Origin: Thecamonas trahens ATCC 50062
Lineage: Eukaryota; Protista; Apusomonadida
Length of the DNA stretch: 64,000 bases
Assembly: GCF_000142905.1 (NCBI RefSeq)
Contig: NW_013657616.1
Span: forward strand, 62,001 to 126,000
Reading direction: 5' to 3'
Under the pieces are notes generated by a model. The model worked only from the letters and a program-made list of their open reading frames with translations. It was not told the origin of the DNA and ran no database searches. Shown here piece after piece: positions 31,667 through 42,140 of this stretch. The translations under genes and the position numbers were made by a program. The stretch's first letter is position 1. Each line of letters opens with the position of its first letter.

Positions 31667-32851
31667 TTACGCCTCGTCACCAGGCGCGACAAACATGAGC
31701 TTGAGCCGCAGCTGGCCGGTGGTCGCGCCATCCGAGGTAACATTGACCCAGATGTCGTGCTCGACGTTGAGGTCAAAGGCAGCAACGGCGAATGAGGCGA
31801 CGCCAATGGTGTCGTCGGAAAACGTGTCGTCGTCCATGACCTTGAGCTCAATGGCCTCGTCGCCGACGAGCTCATCAAACTCAAACACCTCGTTAAAGAC
31901 TGGCCGCTCCGAGTTCTGCACCGTCTGGGTTTTGCGCTTGGTCTTGCCGACCTTGACCGCCACATACGGGTCCGACGTCTGACCTGGGTTGGCCGAATCG
32001 ATGTCGTGCGACGCAAGGTCGGCAGCCTCGACGACGCAGACCCGAACCTTGACCGGCGCTACCGAACCGGCCGGGATGGCCGACGAGGCTGCCGACGACG
32101 CCGCGCCCGCCGGCGAGACCGGCTCGCTCGCCGTCGGCCGGCTCGGGGCCACAGGCTCAACTTCCGCGAGGCCAGCGCTCTCCTCGGGATAGCCATACGA
32201 GTCGTCAGCATCGGGCGAGTAAGGGCGGTCGTCGTAGTGGGCGGCGTTGCGCGGCTGGTGGTAGGTCGGCGCCTTTTTCGGCCGCTTGAGCAGCTGCATG
32301 CGGACCTTCTCGTCCTCCTCGGCCCTCCGGCGCGCCTCCATCTCCTCCAGCTGCGCGCGGGTGAGCGAGGGCTCGGCGGCAGCGTCAGGCGGCAAGTACG
32401 GATACTCGCAGATGTTGGCCAGCATGCGCTGCTGGCGGAGCCGATCCTGCTCCCACGCCACATGGTTGTACGTGGGCTGGATGGACTGGATGCGGGAGAG
32501 GATGCGCTGGTTCTCGCGGGTGATCCTCGCCAGCTCCTTCTTCCGCTTGAGCCTGTTGAGGCTCGGCTTGCCCCGCTTATACCGGGCGTTGCGGTTGTCG
32601 AGCGTGTTCTTCTGCCGCATAATGGCCGACATCTTGCCCAGCAGAATGCGATTGTCCTTCTCGATCTGCGACATCCGCTCCTCCTCCTGCTGCAGCTTCT
32701 TCAGATTGAGGTGGAGGTGAAGGTACTGCCGCGGCGGCCCATTGTCCACACGCGACCGGACAGACCGCAGCCGCTTCTTGTGCTGCGCGTGGTTCCTCGC
32801 ATTCCACCGCTTGGTGAGGATGCGGTTGGCCGACGGCTCTGCACGGTGCAT
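31667..32851 (-). CDS. CFAP97D/KIAA1430 (Hemingway)-domain protein fused to a C-terminal C2 domain
   Basis: HKKRL...VDNGPP..YLHL..NLKKLQ.EEER..IEKDNRILLGKM; SLNRLKRKKEL.RI.RENQRIL.RI. C2 domain: VVEAADL..SDPYV..KTQTV..PVFNEVFEF..VMDDDTFSDDTIG. Confidence 0.85.
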   Translation of the reverse strand: MHRAEPSANRILTKRWNARNHAQHKKRLRSVRSRVDNGPPRQYLHLHLNLKKLQQEEERMSQIEKDNRILLGKMSAIMRQKNTLDNRNARYKRGKPSLNRLKRKKELARITRENQRILSRIQSIQPTYNHVAWEQDRLRQQRMLANICEYPYLPPDAAAEPSLTRAQLEEMEARRRAEEDEKVRMQLLKRPKKAPTYHQPRNAAHYDDRPYSPDADDSYGYPEESAGLAEVEPVAPSRPTASEPVSPAGAASSAASSAIPAGSVAPVKVRVCVVEAADLASHDIDSANPGQTSDPYVAVKVGKTKRKTQTVQNSERPVFNEVFEFDELVGDEAIELKVMDDDTFSDDTIGVASFAVAAFDLNVEHDIWVNVTSDGATTGQLRLKLMFVAPGDEA

Positions 32852-33107
32852 GGCGACGGGCGAGGTGGGCACGGGGTAGAGGGAGTGGTGGGAGTGGTGG
32901 GAGTGGTGGGTGTAGTGGTGGTTGGAGTGGTGGTAGTGGTCGTCGTAGTGGTCGTCGTAGTGGTCGTCGTCCTCTTGCTCGTCCTCGTTGCCCTGCTGCT
33001 GCTGGTGGTGCGGTGAGGTGGTCAGCCGTTGCTGCCAATGCGCCTTTTCCGCAACGGCAGCCCTTTTCCGCAACGGCAGCCCTTTTTGGCTCCACAAAGC
33101 CAAAACC

Positions 33108-33295
33108 ACGACTCACCACCACCCTCCGCCACTCACCACTCACCACTCACCACCCACCACTCACCACCACTCACCACTCACCACCCACCACTCACCACCA
33201 CTCACCACCACTCACCACCCACCACTCACCACTCACCACCACTCACCACCCACCACTCACCACCACTCACCACCACTCACCACCACTCACCACCG
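33108..33295. repeat. Imperfect (CACCACT)/(CAC) microsatellite
   Basis: Directly visible in a divergent intergenic region. Confidence 0.9.
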
Positions 33296-33364
33296 CTCGG
33301 CCATCGCCACCTCTCTCCCACCACCGCCGCCCCTCACGGCGGGCAAGGTGGACCGACGACAGGC

Positions 33365-34932
33365 ATGTCCAACTCTCCTGGAAGGGCGCCTACGCAGCCG
33401 CTGAATGGCCAGGCAACCGCAAGGGGTGAGCGGCTGCTGGCGGAGCGTTCCCGGCGACGACGTCGACAGCAGCTGCAACCGCTGGTCATCACACGCGCTC
33501 CGCTCCCTGTCCGCAGACGCGAGTCCGCTGCCGCCGCATCGGGCCCTGTCCTCCCTGCCATTGCTCCGCGCGATCGTATTTCGCGGAGATCAAGTCGCGC
33601 ATCAAGCCGCTCGCATGGCCACGCCCATGGTTACAGTCCTGCTCGCCGCCCGTCGGCTGCTCAGAGCCGAGATCAGGCTCGTGCTGAGCGTCTTGCCGCG
33701 AGGGCTGCCATGGTCGTCGGCGTCGCCAAGCCCCGCGCGGGGCTACCGCAGTAGGCTCGGCCTCCTCGCTGAGATCGGGCTTCCATCCGTCGCTCACTGG
33801 CCGGGCGAGCGTGTCGGCCGTCGGCGTCGCCTCTCCACCGGGCTTCTCTCATGGCATGAGAGGAAGCGGATCGATTGCGGAGCTCGAGGGAACAACCGTC
33901 TCGCTGGGGCTCAACTCGGGTGCAAGCAGCGGGCCGAGCACGGGCAATGCGCTTGGGAGCTCGGGCGAGCCGGTGCCCGGACAGGGGCTGGAGATGACCA
34001 ACTCTGCCGGCGTCTTTGCCACTTTTGACCCGTCCATTGCTTTTGACTCGCTAGAAGCCGACTTGTTCGGCTGCTCGGACGGGTCCGACGACGGCGGAGG
34101 CGGCGACGGCGGAACCGATGCCGCCACGCCGCACTCGTCCAAGTCGCGATCGTCGGTCGACTTGTCCGGGGCGACCGGCGAGACGGCGACAACATCTATG
34201 ACGGCCGGGACTCGGTCTGGGACCGGGTCCGGCGGAGAGGGCGGTGAGGCAAGTCTTGCCCGCGCTCAGGGCGCAATCGAGGGCCGGCTGCGCCGCATGC
34301 AGGAGCGGATGGAGAGCGCGCGGGCAGCCCAGGCTAAGTCGACCTCGCCCGCCGTCTCGCTGTCGGAGGCACCGTCGGCGCCACAGTCGCCGGTCGGCGC
34401 GGCGGGTGTGTCGTCGGCGCCGGCAATGGCTGCCATGCCTGTCCGTCCGCCTCATCCCGTGCTTCGCGAGCGCTCGCAGGTGCGGCGCTCGTACTCGCCG
34501 CCGTTGATGACGGTGTCAGAGATGCGGAAGCAACAGGTGGAGAAGAATGAGCTGCTCCACCCCGAGAGCACCGCTCTGGCCACTCCGCGCCGAAGCGATG
34601 CGGAGCCGGTCTACGAGTACGAGTACGAAGAGTACTCGTACTCGTACTCTGGCGAGGAGTGCCGGCCGTACTCGCAGTCGTCGTCGGGCTCGTCGATCGA
34701 CTCGTGCATGGGATCGGTGTCGGGCTCACAGACAGAGGCCGGAGCCTTGGTCCGCAGGCTCATGGGCTCGTCGTCGTCATCATCGTCGTCGTCGCAGTCC
34801 TTGCAAACAATGACCACTCTCAAGACCGTGCTCCAGATCGGTGACGGCGACGGCGACGGCGATGCCGACGACGAGCCATGTCCCGTCTCTGCCTACCGCG
34901 GTTACGTTGAGCGAAAGAGACGACGGCGGTAA
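33365..34932 (+). CDS. Hypothetical Ser-rich low-complexity protein (frameshift at G-run 33739-33742)
   Basis: MSNSPGR... frame joins ORF 33811..34932 on adding one G. Confidence 0.45.
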
Positions 34933-35068
34933 ACAGGAACAGCGGCAGCGGCAGCGGCAGCGGCAGCGGCAGCGGCAGCGGGCAGCGACAGCGACAGCGA
35001 CAGCGGCAACGGCAGCGACAGCGACCGCCACTCTTCTCCTCCGCCCACCACCACCGCAGCTACTGGCT

Positions 35069-36661
35069 ATGCCTACCACGGGGCGACCGCGCGTGACGGC
35101 ACTCGAGGTCGAAGAGTGGGTCTGCGTCACCTGTGTGTATGTCCTGGCCGTCGTCGACAGCTGCGGGGCGCTGGCGCCCGAGGACGGGCTGAGGGCCCTC
35201 GCCATTGCCTTGCTCCCGCTGACGCTGTTGGCCATTCTGCTCGTCGCCAGCGAGCCGACCACACGCCGCTGGCAAATGCTTCCGCTCTACGCCTCGCTGG
35301 CCCTGGCTGGACTGGCCTTGGCTGCTCCGGCCGCGCTGGATGCCGACGTCGGCTCCGTCGTCGTCTCCGGCTGGCTCTGGTTCGCCCTCACCGCGCTGGC
35401 TCTGCCTGCTGCCGTCCTCCTCGGCACGCTCCTGCCGCTCATCGAGCTCCCAGCGCCCGGCGGGCCGCATCGCGTCGGCGTGGCGACCTTTGTCGTCGCC
35501 CAGCCGAATCGCCCGCCCTACCTCGAGACCAACGCCAGCGGCTGGCGCGAGGACGGGAGATGTCGACGGCTGCTGGCAGAGGTGTGGTATCCGGGCGAGA
35601 AAGAGACGCCATTCCAGCGGGACCCGCCGCTTCCGCCGCATCTCGCTGGATGGCTGACAGATGCCCGACTGCGGGCTGCCCTTGCAGCACGGTTCTCACT
35701 CCCTGGATGGGTCATGCGCCATCTCGGGAGTGTCAAGCGCGTCGCCTGCCGCAGCCTGCGCTTTGCCGATGGCCTTCCGCTCGCCCCGATCCTGGTCTTC
35801 TCGCACGGCTACGGCGGCGTGCGCGTGCAGAACGAGACTTTGGCCTGCGAGCTTGCGTCGCGCGGATGGGTTGTGGTCGGCGTCGACCACGCCGGCGACG
35901 CAGCCGGCGTCTTCTACGACCAGGCGTGGAACGCGGCGCCCGGGCTGGAGCGCCAGCTGCTGAGCCATGCGTACGACGGCTACGTGCGCGCTCACGGTGA
36001 GTTTGCGGCCAGCATGGACGAGTTGCACGAGCTGCGCCACGCCCAGCTCGACATCCGCGTCGCCGATCTGTCGGCCATCGTCGACACTCTCGCCGCCCTG
36101 CACGCGGCCGGTACCGGGCCGCCGGGCTCGGGCCTCGGCGAGTGGCGGCTGTTTGAGGGCCGGCTCGACCTCGACTCTGTTCACGTCGGGGGGCACTCGT
36201 TTGGCGGCGGGACCGCGATAGAGGCCCTTAACCGCGACAACCGCTTTGTCTCCGGCTTTGCCCTCGACCCGTGGCTGTTCCCGCTCTCCGAATCTCTGCG
36301 CGAGGGCGGGACGGAGAAGCCACTGCTAATGGTCTCTGCGCCGCGGTGCATCGAGGCCAAGAACAAGGCGCGGCGTGAGGCCTTTGCCGCCGCATCGTGC
36401 GAGGAGCGCGGCAACGTGGCACTGCGCGACGTGGTGGTGCCTCTCAGCGAGCATCACGACTTTCACGACTTTGTCCTCATCGCACCCTTGGCCATGCAAT
36501 GGCTCGGAGCCGCGGGCAAAGCCCAGAAGGACGAGCTCCTCGCACGCATCAACGGCATGGTCCTGGATTGGCTCGAAGCCTTTGCAGACGATCGCGCGCC
36601 CAGTGCGCGCCGACTGATGGAGTTTGACGATGCCTGGTTTTTCCCGGCGGCAGCAAGTTGA
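35069..36661 (+). CDS. PAF-acetylhydrolase-like alpha/beta hydrolase with N-terminal TM helices
   Basis: PGGPHRVG, EVWYP, ILVFSHGYGG, LASRGWVVVGVDH, GHSFGG nucleophile elbow, LDPWLFP, HHDFHD. Confidence 0.88.
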   Translation: MPTTGRPRVTALEVEEWVCVTCVYVLAVVDSCGALAPEDGLRALAIALLPLTLLAILLVASEPTTRRWQMLPLYASLALAGLALAAPAALDADVGSVVVSGWLWFALTALALPAAVLLGTLLPLIELPAPGGPHRVGVATFVVAQPNRPPYLETNASGWREDGRCRRLLAEVWYPGEKETPFQRDPPLPPHLAGWLTDARLRAALAARFSLPGWVMRHLGSVKRVACRSLRFADGLPLAPILVFSHGYGGVRVQNETLACELASRGWVVVGVDHAGDAAGVFYDQAWNAAPGLERQLLSHAYDGYVRAHGEFAASMDELHELRHAQLDIRVADLSAIVDTLAALHAAGTGPPGSGLGEWRLFEGRLDLDSVHVGGHSFGGGTAIEALNRDNRFVSGFALDPWLFPLSESLREGGTEKPLLMVSAPRCIEAKNKARREAFAAASCEERGNVALRDVVVPLSEHHDFHDFVLIAPLAMQWLGAAGKAQKDELLARINGMVLDWLEAFADDRAPSARRLMEFDDAWFFPAAAS

Positions 36662-36879
36662 GCAAACCCGCGGCCTGTATTCCAAAAGGCAGGGGAGGGG
36701 GAGGAAGGGGGGAGTGGAGGGGGAGGAAGGGGGGAGGGGGGGGGGGAGGGGGAGGGGGAGGGGAGGGGCAGGCGCAGTCGGCTGACGGCAAAAGCAGAAT
36801 TCCATTGGCGACCTTCTCCCTTCCTCCCCTCCACCCCACCGCCCCCCACCCACCCCACCCCCACCCCCCACCCACCCCA

Positions 36880-37056
36880 NNNNNNNNNNNNNNNNNNNNN
36901 NNNNNNNNNNNNNNNNNNNNNNNNNNNNNNNNNNNNNNNNNNNNNNNNNNNNNNNNNNNNNNNNNNNNNNNNNNNNNNNNNNNNNNNNNNNNNNNNNNNN
37001 NNNNNNNNNNNNNNNNNNNNNNNNNNNNNNNNNNNNNNNNNNNNNNNNNNNNNNNN
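36880..37056. other. Assembly gap
   Basis: N run. Confidence 0.99.
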
Positions 37057-37141
37057 TCCTCCTCCTCCTCCTCCACCCCCACCTCCCACCACCCCACCCC
37101 CACCCCCACCACCCCACCCCCCACCCCCACCACCCCGCCCC

Positions 37142-38445
37142 ATGGACTCTCCCTTCTTCGACCTCGACCACCTCCTCACGCGGAGCGGGCCGTTTGCCAA
37201 CGCTGGCTTTGAGGCCTGCGTGGAGCTCCGCGAGTTTGTGCACAGCTCGGTGCGGGTGCTTGTCATCGGTGCCGGCGGGCTCGGGTGCGAGCTCCTGCAC
37301 AGCCTGGCCAAGTCTGGCTTTGGCGAGCTGGAGGTCATCGACATGGACACCATCGACGTGTCGAACCTCAACCGGCAGTTCCTCTTTCGCGCAGCCGACG
37401 TGGGCAAGTACAAGGCCGACGTGGCAGCCGCCTTTGTCGAGGCCCGCTGCCCCGGCGTCTCGGTCCGGGCCCACACCTGCGCCATCCAGGAGAGGACGAT
37501 GCCTTCTACCGCTCCTTCAACCTCATCATCGCTGGCCTCGACTCTATCAAGGCCCGTTCGTGGATCTCGGCCAAGCTGGTCTCGCTGGCCGCAACCGACG
37601 CGAGCGGCGCCGTCGACATGTCCACCGTCATCCCGCTCATCGATGGCGGGACCGAGGCTTTTAAGGGCCAGGCCCGAGTCATGCTCCCGCGCATCTCCGC
37701 CTGCTTCCAGTGCTCCATCTCGGCCTTTCCCCCACAGCGCGCCTTCCAGCTCTGCACCATCGCCAACACGCCGCGCAAGCCCGAGCACTGCATCGCCTAC
37801 GCCATGAACGTCCTGTGGGAGGCCGAGTTTGGCAGTGACCGTGTGCTCGACAAGGATAGCGTCGAGGATGTGACTTGGGTCATGACCGCCGCTGCTGCCC
37901 GCGGCGCCGAGTACGGCATCACCGGCATCACCTACCAGCTGACCCAGGGCGTGATGAAGAACATCATTCCTGCCATCGCCTCGACAAATGCCCTCATTGC
38001 CGGCGCCTGCGTCCTCGAGGCTATCAAGATCGCCACAAACTGCGCAAGCTACCTCGACAACTGGTTTATGTACATTGGCGACTCGGGCATCAACACCCGC
38101 ACCTTTGCCTGGGAGCGCGACGAGTCGTGCTCTGTCTGCGGCCTCTGCCGCATCACCAAGGTTGTTAGCGGCCGGTTCATGACTCTGGGCGAGCTCCGCT
38201 CGTCACTGGTCGACGACGCCGCCCTGCAGCTCGTCTCGCCCTCGCTTCGCGGTGGAGGCAAGACTCTGTACATGGAGACTGGACCGCTGAAGAAGCTCAC
38301 CCAGGCCAACTTGGACAAGACCCTGAGCGAGGTTGTGTCGAGCGGGACGGAGATTTCGGTGACCGACGCCAACGGGGCGGTTGTGCTCGTCACCGTTGTG
38401 TTTGAGGAAGAGGAGGGCGATGCAGGGGATGGTGCGGCTGTGTAA
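37142..38445 (+). CDS. UBA3: NEDD8-activating enzyme E1 catalytic subunit (frameshift near 37492)
   Basis: [78 protein letters not shown]. Confidence 0.93.
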
Positions 38446-38649
38446 AAGTAACCGTTGCTGTGGAGCTGGGCGCAAGTGTTGCCCAACAACGGTCAGAGAA
38501 AGGTGCTGTTATCGTCCAAGAGCACCCCTGCCTGTCCCCACCACCTGCTTGCTGTCCGTCGTCAGCTATCATGGCCGCGCACACAGAACGCGCACGGGGA
38601 GCAATGCAATAAACAGTACAAATTGCCAAGGATGGCACCCTGTTTCCAA

Positions 38650-38722
38650 GCCTCGGTAGCTCAGTTGGTAGAGCGTGCGACTGAAGTTCGCAAGGTCGGG
38701 GATTCGATCACCCCCTGGGGCA
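38650..38722 (+). tRNA. tRNA-Phe(GAA), non-canonical T-arm (A53/A61)
   Basis: GCCTCGG/CTGGGGC acceptor, GCTC/GAGC D-stem, TGCGA-CTGAAGT-TCGCA anticodon arm, 73 nt, poly-T downstream. Confidence 0.85.
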
Positions 38723-38909
38723 AACATTTTTTTTGCTCTTTCTCCGACCCTCCCCTCGCAATCATCGCAACAAGTTCACGCAGAGCATGTGATGGATGAT
38801 GCGGGCATGAGGCAACATATTCACTTCCATTATTTCGTTCAACGCAGCCACCGCCATCGCCACATTGGGCGTACAGTCAATGAGGCTGCTGCTGGCCGCC
38901 AAAGGCGGT

Positions 38910-40561
38910 TTACTCGTCGTCATGACTCGCCAACACGGCGTCAATCCGCGCCTCCACGCCCGCCAGCCGCTTGCGCATGTCTGCCATGAGCTGGGCGACG
39001 TCGACTCCTTCCTCGACATCATCTGCACCGTGCCTGCCGCTAGTTCCTTCCTCCGCGCCCTCGTACTCGCTGACGTCGGCGGTTCCGATATCACGCTCTG
39101 GCCTGCCGCGCCCGCGCCCGCGCCCGCGCCGCGCCAATGCTCTGGCACGCTGCGATGCGTGTGTTCCACGGGCATATCCATCGAGCTCAGGCCCGGCGCC
39201 GCGGCCGACGTCACCGATCACCGGATGATCGAGCGCAAACCGCAGTGCCTCGAGCGTTGCAGACAGCTCGGTCGGCTCGGCAGGCTCTCGCTCGCCAAGT
39301 CCGAGCGAGAGCGTCTCGGCCATCCGTGATGTCAGCGCACGTCCCAGCGCTTCGGCCTCGGCCTCGGTCTCGCCCTTGTCGGGCGTTTCGCGCTTGCTTG
39401 GCACTTTTCCCCTGCTCGCCACCTTGAGCTCCTCTTCCAGGCCGAGCTGCGTCACGAAAAAGCCTGCACCATCAGCAACCGGCGGAGGTGAAGTGATCGT
39501 GACACGGGTATCCGCGCCTGTCCGCGCCGAGTCCATCTCCATCCACTCTTGGTGGCTCCACGCCTTTCTCGCGCGGCGCTGCTTGGCGGCAGAGCGGCGG
39601 AGTGCGTCCCACTTGCCCTCGCGGATAACCCGAGTCCCAACCCGCATTGGCCGCGGCCCAGCCCCGGCTGCGCCCTCCAACACAATGGGCGGATCGTGGA
39701 GCGAAAAGAGCGCACTGAGAGAGGCCATACCTAGTGTGCTCCGCCCGAGGTCGGAGACCACCTTGCAGAGAACACGCGTCTGTGCGAGTGCCACCAGGTC
39801 GTCGCCTGACCGCACCGCCGTCCGCCTAACATCAATGGAGGTCAGCGCCGGGAACGGCGACTCCACGCCCGCAGCAAAAAGCTGGGCACGTACGGCAGAC
39901 CGTTGCCAGCCAGATCAAGCGACGTTAGCGCCGGCGCCGACGCTAGCGCGAGGAGCGCCCTTGGATCCTCCAGCTCATTGTCCGCCACCACAAGGGTAGT
40001 GAGTGCGGTGAAGCCCGTCCAGTCGGCAGGCACATCGGTGAGCCCATTGCCCGACACATCGAGCGAGGTGAGCGAAGAGAGCGCGGAAAGGCGAAGAATG
40101 CTTGCGGGTGTAAGCTCGTTGGCAGCGAGCGAGAGGACCGCGAGCGAGGTGAGCGCTGGTGCGGGAGGAACAACTGGCTCGCACAACCCGTTGCAGCTCA
40201 GATCAAGCGACTCCAGCGCCCGCAGGCCGGCCAGCGCCTCCAGATCCAATCCATCGTTATCTGATGCGTCAAGCCGGCGGAGGTGGGTGAAGAGCTCGAG
40301 ATCGCTACCCGCCGCCGTCGAGAGCCCCGCCCCGGCCACCGAGGCCACCACCACCCGCGCAGGGTCCACCGCGTGCGCCAGCCGCAGCAGGAGGAACCCG
40401 TCAAGGACCCGACCAGACTGCCGCGGAGGCTGGGACGTAGCCGACCGGTGCTCGACAGGTGCGGCCGACGTGGGGGGAGCGTGGCCGGACTGGGGGGGAG
40501 CGCAGCAAGGACTGTGGCCCGCGACGGTGGGTGGGTGTGCGTCGGCGTCTTCCGGACCCAT
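38910..40561 (-). CDS. XRRA1: XRRA1-like leucine-rich-repeat protein (frameshift at A-run 39876-39880)
   Basis: VLDGFLLL..DP..V.G.GL, LDASDN, LDLSCNGL and further LRRs; then PFPAL..IDV in ORF 38910..39866. Confidence 0.7.
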
Positions 40562-40973
40562 GAGTCCGAGGAGGTCGAGAGGGCGAGCGGGGTGCCCTGA
40601 ATGGCAAAGGTAGGTGGATGGGGGGTGGTCATGGTGAAAGGGTGGCCGGTGGGGGGGGGGGGGGGGGGGGAGGGGGGGGGGGGGCCGGGGATGTGGGGGG
40701 AGAACGGGGAGGGCAGTTGGGTGAGGTGAGCTGTTTGCAATGTGGGGTGGCAGGCAGGCTTGCGGTTGGCGCGCAAGGCTACGAGACGGCGGGCCAGATC
40801 TAATCCCATCCATCGATGCAGGCTAGTGTCATGAAACAGGCAACAGCTGGTGAGACCCGAGATGACTGGAACGGATGGGTTGGGGAGGTGCGGCAGTCAG
40901 TGCGACAGCATCGCTCGCTATCCTGTCGCTGTCGTAGGTGGCGGGAGGGTCGGAGGAAGAGCAAAAAAATGTT

Positions 40974-41046
40974 TGCCCCAGGGGGTGATCGAATCCCCGA
41001 CCTTGCGAACTTCAGTCGCACGCTCTACCAACTGAGCTACCGAGGC
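40974..41046 (-). tRNA. tRNA-Phe(GAA) second copy
   Basis: Exact reverse complement of 38650-38722 with shared short flanks. Confidence 0.85.
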
Positions 41047-41509
41047 TTGGAAACGATGTGAATCAACATAGTATTTATTGGGTTTATCACATTGGCCCGG
41101 CTACGGCTGGACCTGTTCCCGCCGTCCAGGCCTCGAGACATGGTCCAGTCATTTCGATCAGATGCCGTGCGCACCGTCAACGCTTGTCCGTCTCCCGACT
41201 ATTCTCGTCCTTCTCCGCAGGCAGTGGCATTGCCCTGCCCGCGGCGAAGCAATCGGCGGCGAGACATCGTGCCGCGGCGTCTCGCAAAAGAGGCGAAAAT
41301 AGCCGGCTGGGCCGTCGCGGCGAGAGTCCAGCCGGCTATTTTCGCCTCGTTTGCGCTCTCTATACCATCCATAGCCAAGCTCAGAACATCAGCATACTCT
41401 GCTGTCTCTCTTCTTCTCTACCATCTGTACTGTGAGATGTCAGCGTTGCTCTGGCAAGCACAAGGTCGTCAAAACGTTCGCAGACTTTCGAATCTGAAAA
41501 TGCGTCCCT

Positions 41510-41685
41510 GAGTGTCTAACATTTCATGTTCTATAAACATATATAAATAGATACTTGAGAAAATATTAATATATGGTTCAGGCGTTGATATTTGGTTAAA
41601 TTTATGATTTTGCGATGTGGTATATATTTTTGTATTATTTTCGGACGAAAGGAGCTGATTTTGTCTATGTTTTTTGTTAAGTAAA
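41510..41685. other. AT-rich island
   Basis: Abrupt A/T-dominated stretch in otherwise GC-rich DNA. Confidence 0.8.
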
Positions 41686-42140
41686 CCGTGCCGCCTATCT
41701 GTCGTCGCTGCTGCCCGCTGCCTGCCACCCCCTACCCGCGGCACCGCTGCCTGCTCTCCGCCCTGCTGCGTGTGACAAGCGATATGCAGCGGCTTTACTT
41801 GCCCAATGATCAACCAGTGGCAGGGTGAGGGGCGATCGTGCCACAATCGCACCTCAGGGCCTCACATGCGGCTTGAGACAAACTGCTGTCCAAGTTGGAC
41901 GGCGGTCACACACTTGCGACGAGTCCGTCCTCCTCACGCTCACACACACCCATCCCCCACCCCGTCCCCTCCTCTTGTCATATACCGTCACGCATACTCC
42001 CTCCACATCTGAGATCACGCCACGCCGCCCCACACGTCATCCCCGCTCCCGACACTGTCGCATCCCACACTCGTCCAATCTTCCGTTCGAAATACGCCTC
42101 GCACGGACACCCGCACGCACTCATCGAACACTCCTCGACC

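Noticed and set aside
38642-41054. DNA transposon with terminal inverted repeats
   Set aside because: The repeats are tRNA genes, the enclosed gene is an LRR protein rather than a transposase, and no target-site duplication was seen.
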